DNA of 58,196 nucleotides from a virus (Duplodnaviria; Caudoviricetes): IMG/VR virus record IMGVR_UViG_3300032087_000460, positions 1 to 58,196 of that record; one strand, 5' to 3'. Shown piece by piece: positions 10,111 to 17,400 of this stretch (position 1 is its first letter; each line of letters starts with the position of its first letter). The notes under the pieces were generated by a model. It saw only the letters and a program-made list of their open reading frames with translations, ran no database searches and was not told where the DNA came from. The position numbers and the translations under genes were made by a program.

Positions 10111-10463
10111 TAGCTTTTTCTTTTTCTGTTCATGCTAGATCTAACTAATGCACCTCTAGCTGCATTTATTCTAATGCCTGACTCTAAGGCAGCGTCAAGC
10201 TGTGCAGGAAAGTTAGGGTTATGCCTAAGTCCCAATGCAATGTCCTTTAAACTTAAACCGGCAGAGGCAATGTTATTGTCGTCATAAAATCGTTTTACGT
10301 CATTAATAGCTACGCCCTCCGCAATAAAAGGAGCGCCAGTATTATATGCCTCAAATATATTCTTAGTAGGCTTTTTATAGCCTCTGCTCGGTTTAACTAC
10401 GTTTGGGCCTCTTTGTACACCAGACCCCCTTCTACCACGAGATATAGCCTTACGATTACTCAT
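10110..10463 (-). CDS. Hypothetical protein with basic termini
   Basis: 117-aa ORF; AARGAL motif near the C-terminus. Confidence 0.65.
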   Translation of the reverse strand: MSNRKAISRGRRGSGVQRGPNVVKPSRGYKKPTKNIFEAYNTGAPFIAEGVAINDVKRFYDDNNIASAGLSLKDIALGLRHNPNFPAQLDAALESGIRINAARGALVRSSMNRKRKS

Positions 10464-10468
10464 GGCTA

Positions 10469-11092
10469 TTACCTAAACAGACCACCCTTACGATAGTCCA
10501 TAGAGCCAGTACGTGGCTTTTTGCCATTTAACATACCGCCAGCAGCCTTTTTAGTTTTATTGTAACCACCCTTACTGAACTTCTCCATTGAGATTTGCTC
10601 ATCTTTAGTTTGGGTATGATATTTTTTACCACGCCAAGTAAATTCTTTTTTACCTTCTTTTCTAGCTGCCTTAAAAGCTTCACCAAAAGACATACCTTTT
10701 TTAGCACTGGTTTTAGCGGCTGGCTTGCTAGATTCACTACGCTTCTTCTTAACTGCCTCTTCAGACTTCTCTTTGCTCTTTTTGTCTATGTCTTTAGCTG
10801 CCATAGCTGCAGCACCAGTAGAAGTTACAACAGCAGCTTGCGTAGATCGCTTGGCTCTCTGCTTATACTGAGGCGTACTGTCACCAATACCAAACATCTC
10901 TTTATTGCGCTTGTTTGTCTCTTTAATTTTATCAATCTCTTTTTGAGACGTAGCGGCAGTTGTAGGCTTTCTTGCAGGAGGAGGTGACATATTCTCACTG
11001 CTTTTACGTGTATTAGAACGTGTACGCTTAGAGGTCTTAGGCTTTTTGCCAGTACTTCTAAGAGCTTTGGCAATCATTGAAGCAAAACTCAT
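10469..11092 (-). CDS. Lysine-rich protein
   Basis: SFGEAFKAARKEGKKEFTWRGKKYHT module plus three xxGG motifs. Confidence 0.7.
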   Translation of the reverse strand: MSFASMIAKALRSTGKKPKTSKRTRSNTRKSSENMSPPPARKPTTAATSQKEIDKIKETNKRNKEMFGIGDSTPQYKQRAKRSTQAAVVTSTGAAAMAAKDIDKKSKEKSEEAVKKKRSESSKPAAKTSAKKGMSFGEAFKAARKEGKKEFTWRGKKYHTQTKDEQISMEKFSKGGYNKTKKAAGGMLNGKKPRTGSMDYRKGGLFR

Positions 11093-11096
11093 TGTC

Positions 11097-11393
11097 TCAA
11101 CCTTTCTTGTAACTAAGGTTATCTACAACCTTACGGGTCATACCCTTTTTACGCATATCAATATTACCCTTACGTGGGTTAGGCTTACATACGTAGCCAC
11201 CCTTATTGTATTCAATGGTAATTGTTTTAGTTTCGTCACCAGCTTCCTCACGCATTCTACGTGCGTCAATAGCCGTTTGTCTAGCTACGTCACGAGGTAT
11301 ACCCATAGCCTTACTAGCGTCTCTAGGCCTACGTGGTGGCATTGGTGGTTGTGCCGCTTGTGGCCTACGGCGAGGCATTGGTACATTAGGCAT
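11097..11393 (-). CDS. Basic Pro/Arg-rich protein
   Basis: 98-aa ORF with YNKGGY motif. Confidence 0.65.
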   Translation of the reverse strand: MPNVPMPRRRPQAAQPPMPPRRPRDASKAMGIPRDVARQTAIDARRMREEAGDETKTITIEYNKGGYVCKPNPRKGNIDMRKKGMTRKVVDNLSYKKG

Positions 11394-11595
11394 TGTTAAA
11401 TTCCTCTATTGCTGCCTCAATGTCTGACAGCTTAAATGTTTTACCCGTGCGCTCTTCCAAAGCAGCACGGATATAATGAACGTCAGAATGATACAGATGT
11501 AAATTACGTAAGCTATCTGTTTTAATAGCTTCATAGAAACTACCTAAAATATTAGTTTCTGGACACAGTTTTACGGATTTATGGGACATTGTCAA
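11386..11595 (-). CDS. Hypothetical protein
   Basis: First ORF of the leftward arm (FYEAIKTD...YIRAALEERTG); start uncertain. Confidence 0.55.
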   Translation of the reverse strand: MTMSHKSVKLCPETNILGSFYEAIKTDSLRNLHLYHSDVHYIRAALEERTGKTFKLSDIEAAIEEFNNA

Positions 11596-11779
11596 TACAG
11601 AATTTCTTTTTAGTACAGAATTTAGTACATAGGGTATGTTATAACACTAAGGTTATAACCCTATTACTATAATATTTTTATTAAGTATTATTATTATATA
11701 TAATATTATTATTATAATTTATATATTTTAACTTTAAGGTTATAACATTAGGGTTTAAACATTGTCCTAAGTTTGTATA

Positions 11780-11807
11780 ATTATACTGATTTTAGAGGCC
11801 GTGTCAA
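11780..11807 (-). promoter_or_regulatory. Sigma70-type promoter TTGACA-16-TATAAT for the leftward late arm
   Basis: Perfect hexamers on the minus strand. Confidence 0.7.
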
Positions 11808-12085
11808 CCCAGCACCTGTAAATAAATATAAAGTGTGACATTTATGCAACACATAAGTACTATAAATACTATAAATCTAAACCGTATTTCACCACACCAT
11901 TACCAGAAGATTTTACGTTTTACCCTTACTATTACCAGAACTTTTTTGAAACCCTGTATGTACATATATTAGGCACAGAATATCAGTGGTTAACAGATTT
12001 AAAAACCTGATCTGTGTATTTCTGTGTATACGTATACGGTGGACCGGGGGGTGGCCCTTGCCCCCCGCGTCAATATGTCGCGCCA

Positions 12086-12153
12086 AAGTAAAAAGCAAGT
12101 AATACTTTAAGTAAAAAATAAATAATTACTTCATTATTACTTAGCCATTACTT
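12086..12153. repeat. Phased inverted array: 3x AAGTAA then 3x ATTACTT
   Basis: Starts at 12086, 12097, 12109 and at 12125, 12136, 12147 (11-12 bp period). Confidence 0.75.
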
Positions 12154-12415
12154 AAAAACCTATAGTATTCAAGCCTTTATTACTTAATGCTCAAAGCATT
12201 CCCTATGCTCTTGACAAGTAATGATCGAAGCATTTCCAGATTTGCCTAAAAAATAGGCACCCACCTCTTTCGGAGCACATTTAACCCTACCCCTGCGTCA
12301 GTGTGTCACACCCTATGCGTCAACGTATCACATGCGACACTATGACGCGCGGCATATCGTCACAACATGCTACGTATTGACACATGCGTCAACCTGACAC
12401 ACCCACCATTTTAAG

Positions 12416-12424
12416 TTATCCACA
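12416..12424 (+). promoter_or_regulatory. Perfect DnaA box TTATCCACA
   Basis: Exact consensus, 1 bp from a 17-bp repeat copy. A single box could occur by chance. Confidence 0.45.
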
Positions 12425-12635
12425 ATGCGTCAACCTGTCGCAGTTTACACTCTATTGCTTTTCGTATAGTCGCGCGCGCGGGTACTATTTAATTACACAA
12501 AATATCGTTCCTATCACAAAATAATTTTAGTATGCGTCAGCTTGTCGCGATAAATTGAAATAAAATTACTCGACTTTCAAAACGCCGCGAATTACTGTTC
12601 TTAGTATCAAAACAACGAATTGAGGAATTAAGAAA

Positions 12636-12812
12636 ATGCTTATCGAAACTACTTTGGGCGAATTGCTAGAAATACATGAGGCCAATTATGACGATAACGG
12701 AAAGGCTAATTCTATTTTGGTGGAGATTATCACAAAACTAAATGGTGATCGCCTCGCGGTTATCCCGCCAACAATGCCAGAATTCCAAGATTATTGTGAC
12801 GCAATCGATTAA
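12636..12812 (+). CDS. First early protein (58 aa, not in the ORF track); paralog of 16408-16653
   Basis: GAGG RBS; MLIETTLGELLEIHEANYDDNGKANSIL... Confidence 0.7.
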   Translation: MLIETTLGELLEIHEANYDDNGKANSILVEIITKLNGDRLAVIPPTMPEFQDYCDAID

Positions 12813-12828
12813 TAGGGGAGTATCTAAA

Positions 12829-12933
12829 ATGTTTAAATTTTCACAAAAGAAAGTAGGCGGCATTCGTTTTGTTAAATTGGGGCGCTTTTGTTTTTCATTT
12901 TGTAAAACTAAGCAATTCAAGAAAATCGCATAA
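12829..12933 (+). CDS. Small basic early peptide (34 aa)
   Basis: GGGGAG RBS; MFKFSQKKVGGIRFVKLGRFCFSFC... Confidence 0.55.
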   Translation: MFKFSQKKVGGIRFVKLGRFCFSFCKTKQFKKIA

Positions 12934-12951
12934 TCGAAAGGATAGCTAAAA

Positions 12952-13251
12952 ATGGATAGCCAAGACATGAAAGCAATCTGCATCGAGGCAATTAATGGGG
13001 CGCTAGTTTCACGCGGTAAAAATAAAGGCTCATTGAAAGCTTCACGGCCTAATAGCACTAGCGACGCTGCTGCAGCATGGGAAGCGCTTATAATGGAAGC
13101 AAACCCCTATAAGGCGGGAATATGGTTTCAATTAATGATGAATGAACGGCAACAAGCTATTTTTCGGGAAGTATCAAAAGCAATCGAGGGCTTAGATTTA
13201 CGTTCCATTGATCGAGACCGAAGCATCCTCGAGCAATTAGGCGCTTGGTAA
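12952..13251 (+). CDS. Early hypothetical protein
   Basis: 99-aa ORF with AAGGA RBS. Confidence 0.7.
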   Translation: MDSQDMKAICIEAINGALVSRGKNKGSLKASRPNSTSDAAAAWEALIMEANPYKAGIWFQLMMNERQQAIFREVSKAIEGLDLRSIDRDRSILEQLGAW

Positions 13252-13268
13252 TTTGCCTAATCTTATAG

Positions 13269-13292
13269 ATGGGGCTAGGCTACTAGCTCCAT
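13269..13292 (+). other. Intergenic stem-loop (RNA processing site or weak terminator)
   Basis: ATGGGGCTAG-GCTA-CTAGCTCCAT, extendable by flanking pairing; no U tract. Confidence 0.45.
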
Positions 13293-13323
13293 TGATAAGC
13301 TTAGACTATGGGAGAAAACGTCA

Positions 13324-14124
13324 ATGCTTAATACTTTAGACACTAGCAAACTAGCAGATGGTATACGCCAACAGATGGATAGCTATCTAGGCAAAACCAA
13401 AAGCTTCAGCGCTATCACCATCGGGTTAGACGCCAAGACTAGCAAGGGTGAGAAGCTTGGAGTTAGAACGGCAGTCACATACTTTGCGCCGCATACTTTA
13501 TCGGGCCGCAATGTTTGCGCGATGGCCGAAATAGCGGATTGCGTTGGACCGTGCCTATTCACTGCGGGACGTGGGGCAATGTCCTCTGTTATGTTATCAC
13601 GAACGGCACGAACGCTAGTCTGTCAGCAATTACCAGAAGTATTTTTGGCGCAACTAAAGCGCGAATTGATCAACCATTGCAAAGCTTGCGTACGCGATGG
13701 GGTTATTCCCGCCTATCGTCCTAATGGGACTAGCGATATTCGTTGGGAATTATGGGATGAATGGCGCGAGCTTATGGAATATCTAGTTGAGACATATGGC
13801 TTGCGGGTTTATGACTACACCAAGCTTGCTAATCGCAATGTTCCTGATTGGTATGACTTAACCTTTAGCTATTCGGGTTCCATTGGATACAAGCCATTCG
13901 TCAAACGTGCCATTGCTAACGGCGAGCGCTTGGCTGTTGTCTTTAGAACGCGCGACATGGTGCAAAAATTACTTGATAGCGATGGTACATTTATGGGGCT
14001 TCCCGTTGTTGATGGTGACGATACAGACGTTAGGTTTTTTGATCCTAAAGGGGCTATCGTTGCGCTGTATGCTAAGGGCAAGGCTAAGAACGATAAAACC
14101 GGATTTGTAGTTGACGTTAACTAA
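13324..14124 (+). CDS. GP88-like protein (Cys cluster, radical-SAM-like)
   Basis: C-x7-C-x3-C (CAMAEIADCVGPC), RPNGTSD, YDYTK, LTFSYSG, DGDDTDVRF, KGKA. Confidence 0.65.
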   Translation: MLNTLDTSKLADGIRQQMDSYLGKTKSFSAITIGLDAKTSKGEKLGVRTAVTYFAPHTLSGRNVCAMAEIADCVGPCLFTAGRGAMSSVMLSRTARTLVCQQLPEVFLAQLKRELINHCKACVRDGVIPAYRPNGTSDIRWELWDEWRELMEYLVETYGLRVYDYTKLANRNVPDWYDLTFSYSGSIGYKPFVKRAIANGERLAVVFRTRDMVQKLLDSDGTFMGLPVVDGDDTDVRFFDPKGAIVALYAKGKAKNDKTGFVVDVN

Positions 14125-14142
14125 CTAGAAGGATTTAAACCC

Positions 14143-14301
14143 ATGAAAGAGGCACAAGCTAAAGTAATGCTAAAAAGACTGGAGCAAAAGCACGGAATGC
14201 AAGAGCTAGTCGTAAGGATGGTTCGTTGCATGTCCCATCAAGAGGTGGAGCACGTTCTTAATTTTATCATCAACAATGGGGATTTTGATAATGATGAATA
14301 A
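14143..14301 (+). CDS. Early hypothetical protein (52 aa, not in the ORF track)
   Basis: AAGGA RBS; MKEAQAKVMLKRLEQKHG... Confidence 0.55.
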   Translation: MKEAQAKVMLKRLEQKHGMQELVVRMVRCMSHQEVEHVLNFIINNGDFDNDE

Positions 14302-14584
14302 GTACACCATAGATTATGAAATGATTGATGACGATAGACCCATCAGGGACACGGGCAGAATATCATCTACCAATCTATTACGGGATGCATTCGAGGATTT
14401 GTTTAATTGTGGGCAGCAAGTCGTAGACGTGGAACCCAACAATCGACAAAACCCGCGTTGGGTCACGGTTTACTACGGCCTAAATGCATATGGCCAATAT
14501 GAAAGCAGGGACTTATACTTTGGATTTGACTTGTCCCTATCATCGCGCAAGCGCATTGTTAAACTAATGGAGAGGAGCATTTAA
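14291..14584 (+). CDS. Early hypothetical protein
   Basis: ORF in a tightly packed early operon; start uncertain. Confidence 0.6.
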   Translation: MMNKYTIDYEMIDDDRPIRDTGRISSTNLLRDAFEDLFNCGQQVVDVEPNNRQNPRWVTVYYGLNAYGQYESRDLYFGFDLSLSSRKRIVKLMERSI

Positions 14585-14585
14585 A

Positions 14586-14825
14586 ATGTCTAATATGGAA
14601 AGTCTCAAAATGAGAGTATACGCTACACGCCCGATTAAAACTAAGGCGGGGACATACAAGGTGAATATGTACTTTAAACGGAGGTATTTCTCTAGCCATG
14701 AATTCGCCAACAAAAAGCACGCATGGAAATGGATGAGCGAGTATGACAACTGGGATAAGCTCTGTAAAAGAGTACCGCCTAGCAATGTTGCGCCTGTGCA
14801 ATTAGATTTGAGCTTGGCTTCATAA
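14586..14825 (+). CDS. Early hypothetical protein
   Basis: GAGGAG RBS; 79 aa. Confidence 0.6.
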   Translation: MSNMESLKMRVYATRPIKTKAGTYKVNMYFKRRYFSSHEFANKKHAWKWMSEYDNWDKLCKRVPPSNVAPVQLDLSLAS

Positions 14826-14900
14826 TGGGTGGGGATAGCATCGTAATAACTACATTAATCATTGTGGCATTAAACTACTTACTCAAATGGAGCTAAGACT

Positions 14901-15071
14901 ATGACAGTAGCTATTTACTATATCCTTGTTGCTTTCTGTTGGGGTGTGCTTGCAGCCACCCTAATAGGGACCACAGTGGCTATATCGTACAATGATATGC
15001 TTTCGACTATATTTTTCATGGGCAACGCTCTAGCCATTGGTTACGTGCTTTGCAGGCTGAAGGAGGGATAG
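14901..15071 (+). CDS. Small 2-TM early membrane protein (56 aa, not in the ORF track)
   Basis: GGAG RBS; MTVAIYYILVAFCWGVLAATLIG... hydrophobic throughout. Confidence 0.5.
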   Translation: MTVAIYYILVAFCWGVLAATLIGTTVAISYNDMLSTIFFMGNALAIGYVLCRLKEG

Positions 15072-15187
15072 GCTATTGGATGAGATGTCCTACGACGAAT
15101 TAGTTTTATACATAGACAAAATGGGAGAACCGGACTTCGTAAGTTGGGACGATACGCAGCAAGTCATCTTCTTAAAATGGGGCGACT

Positions 15188-15478
15188 TTGAACGACAACT
15201 ATACATATACAATATGTACTATGACTAAAGGAGGGAAGACAATGATGCAAACAGCTAAATTTAACTATATTCTAGCACGGGAAGAAGACACAGAGGTAGG
15301 CGACAAAATACTTAACCTTTGGAACGATATAGAGGAACTCCATAGGGAGGCACGTATCCATAGAAAAATTTTAAAGGTTAAAAAGCTGCTATTAAAAAAG
15401 CTGATGGACGAAAACCCAAATGTTGTGATATGCGGGGATACTATAGAATACGATGACTTCACTGGAAGCGTTTACTAA
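15188..15478 (+). CDS. Hypothetical coiled-coil protein
   Basis: Probable start at the ATG near 15242 after GGAGGG. Confidence 0.6.
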   Translation: MNDNYTYTICTMTKGGKTMMQTAKFNYILAREEDTEVGDKILNLWNDIEELHREARIHRKILKVKKLLLKKLMDENPNVVICGDTIEYDDFTGSVY

Positions 15479-15490
15479 GGAGGGAAGGCT

Positions 15491-15898
15491 ATGATGCTTG
15501 AGGGGTTAGCCTGTATAGCTATGGCCGTGTACTTCGAGGCACGGTCAGAGCCTCTGGCAGGACAGATGGCTGTAGCTCAAGTTGTTATCAATCGTATGGC
15601 TGATAACAGGTGGCCCAATGAGCCTTGTGGGGTGGTACAGGAAGGGCCAGTCAACAGTAAGGGCATACCGCTACGGCATCGCTGCCAGTTTTCGTTTTAC
15701 TGTGACGGTAAACCGGAGACCATACATGAACACGAAGCATGGCGTACTGCAGAGGAGGTAGCAGAGGCCGCTATGCAATCAACAATAGACATTACGGAAG
15801 GATCTCTGTATTACCATACGCCTCAAGTTAATCCTAAATGGAGGCATACCAAGAATAGGGTAATACAAATCGGCAACCACATCTTTTATTCGGAGTAG
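15491..15898 (+). CDS. Cell wall hydrolase (SleB/Hydrolase_2 family)
   Basis: CIAMAVYFEARSE...AVAQVVINR...CQFSFYCDG...YYH...IGNHIFY. Confidence 0.9.
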   Translation: MMLEGLACIAMAVYFEARSEPLAGQMAVAQVVINRMADNRWPNEPCGVVQEGPVNSKGIPLRHRCQFSFYCDGKPETIHEHEAWRTAEEVAEAAMQSTIDITEGSLYYHTPQVNPKWRHTKNRVIQIGNHIFYSE

Positions 15899-15903
15899 GA
15901 ATT

Positions 15904-16218
15904 ATGAAAGTAAGACGTGAACAAGTATGGAGGCCACCCGGTCATGAATTTGTACGGAAGCCTGCACATTCGTACGGCACGTTCATCAATGGGCAGAGCA
16001 TCAACCAAGCGTACCATTTCATGGAGGTTAAAACTAAAAGCCTCGTGGATATTATGGAGGAGTTACGTGCATCGAATGAAAAAGCCGGAAGAAAATTTGA
16101 CTATACGATGTCACATGATAATATGTCTGCAACATGGACTATGACCTACACGAATGTAGGTAGGGTTGTGAAAGGTAAAACTAAACGATTCAGAAGGGGA
16201 GTAGAAAACAATGAGTAG
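15904..16218 (+). CDS. Hypothetical protein
   Basis: 104-aa ORF with RBS. Confidence 0.6.
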   Translation: MKVRREQVWRPPGHEFVRKPAHSYGTFINGQSINQAYHFMEVKTKSLVDIMEELRASNEKAGRKFDYTMSHDNMSATWTMTYTNVGRVVKGKTKRFRRGVENNE

Positions 16219-16411
16219 CGTAGATACATTAGCTAAACGTGTACGGGAAAAGAATGGAAACCTTAAAATAAAATATGTAGACAGGTACTGGATCATAAAC
16301 ATGAGCTTTATGAGACCCCTACAAAATGGTCTGCATGAAGAGATAGTAATGGGTGGGCAGGGTATGCCACTATCTAAAGTAGCCAACATGGCTAATGGAG
16401 TATTGAAATGA
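16211..16411 (+). CDS. Hypothetical protein
   Basis: Coupled 66-aa ORF. Confidence 0.55.
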   Translation: MSSVDTLAKRVREKNGNLKIKYVDRYWIINMSFMRPLQNGLHEEIVMGGQGMPLSKVANMANGVLK

Positions 16412-16653
16412 AAGCCGTAACAGTTGATTACAATAATCTATGCCACACCACAACTTTGGGGCATGTGCTTGCTATTCATAGGGCAAACTACGATCACGAT
16501 GATAAAGCAAACCAGATAATTAAACGTCTAGAAAGCTTTTTTGGGCATGACGAAAACGCAAGCATAACACTACCTAATAAAATAGTAGAGGAGTATACAG
16601 ATCACATCATATATAACTTGCAATCAATACTAACTAGCAGGGGATTAACATGA
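16408..16653 (+). CDS. Hypothetical protein; paralog of 12636-12812
   Basis: TTLGHVLAIHRANYDHDDKANQI. Confidence 0.7.
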   Translation: MKAVTVDYNNLCHTTTLGHVLAIHRANYDHDDKANQIIKRLESFFGHDENASITLPNKIVEEYTDHIIYNLQSILTSRGLT

Positions 16654-17132
16654 ACATATTCTATCTACACGATGACCCTCTCAATGCTGCACGTTACCAC
16701 TGTGACAAGCACGTAGTTAAAATGATACTGGAGTATGCACAATTATTAAGCACTGCACATCATATGCTTGACGGGGACGATGCACCCGAAGGTATCTACA
16801 AATGCACGCATAAGAACCACCCATCTGCGGTGTGGGTACGTCAGTCTAAGGACAATTATATTTGGACTCTGGATTGCTTTCTGTGGCTTCTGGATGAGTA
16901 CGAGAAGCGTTACCACAAGAAGCACAAGACATCGAGGCTTGCACCCATACTACTTCAATGGCCTGTGAACATACCTGACGTTGGGTTCACGCAACCACCT
17001 CAGTGTATGCCTGACGAGTACAAGTGTGACGACTCGGTGGAAGCATACCGCAACTATTACATAGGAGAGAAGGCTTACTTCGCCTCATGGAGAAATACCA
17101 AAACACCTGAGTGGTGGTACGCGCAAGCATAA
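16650..17132 (+). CDS. Pyrimidine-dimer DNA glycosylase-like protein
   Basis: MNIFYL...HCDKHVVKMILEYAQLLSTAH...HKNHPSAVW...AYRNYY. Confidence 0.75.
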   Translation: MNIFYLHDDPLNAARYHCDKHVVKMILEYAQLLSTAHHMLDGDDAPEGIYKCTHKNHPSAVWVRQSKDNYIWTLDCFLWLLDEYEKRYHKKHKTSRLAPILLQWPVNIPDVGFTQPPQCMPDEYKCDDSVEAYRNYYIGEKAYFASWRNTKTPEWWYAQA

Positions 17133-17142
17133 GGAGACACAG

Positions 17143-17400
17143 ATGGCAGGTGTACGCAAACTACCATATTTCAATAGAAAAAAAGCATGGGTTACAAACC
17201 CTCAAAAACGCAAGTCTAAAGATAAATGGTCATCTTACCGTGTAAGCATATACACTAATTGGTATTCACATTATAAACTGGTGGCACATGCATGGTTTAA
17301 TAGTAAAGAAAAAGCACATGCGTGGATTGATGCGTTTGAAAATGGTGAGGACTTACCCAACACAACGATAGCAAAAAAGGAGAAGAAGCCAGATGTCTGA
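17143..17400 (+). CDS. Basic hypothetical protein upstream of integrase
   Basis: AAGGAG RBS; overlaps the integrase start. Confidence 0.6.
   Translation: MAGVRKLPYFNRKKAWVTNPQKRKSKDKWSSYRVSIYTNWYSHYKLVAHAWFNSKEKAHAWIDAFENGEDLPNTTIAKKEKKPDV

Larger units (their letters stand above)
12066..12549. repeat. Array of 17-bp pseudo-palindromes TGCGWCA-N3-TGTCRC[A/G]
   Basis: Copies start at 12066, 12294, 12316, 12333 (inverted), 12385, 12426 and 12533, with a degenerate one at 12368. Confidence 0.85.
11600..12630. other. Non-coding divergent control region (candidate origin and/or genome terminus)
   Basis: Contains a near-pure A/T tract (~11661-11736), a GC block (12041-12069), several repeat families and a DnaA box; lies between the divergent arms. 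Confidence 0.7.

Noticed and set aside
11913-12098. 61-aa ORF in the control region
   Set aside because: TTG start, no RBS, and it overlaps repeat elements; probably non-coding.
12290-12550. CRISPR array
   Set aside because: The repeats are 17 bp, degenerate, in mixed orientation and irregularly spaced, with no unique 30-40 bp spacers.
12742-12933. 63-aa ORF as annotated in the track
   Set aside because: RBS placement favours two genes, 12636-12812 and 12829-12933.
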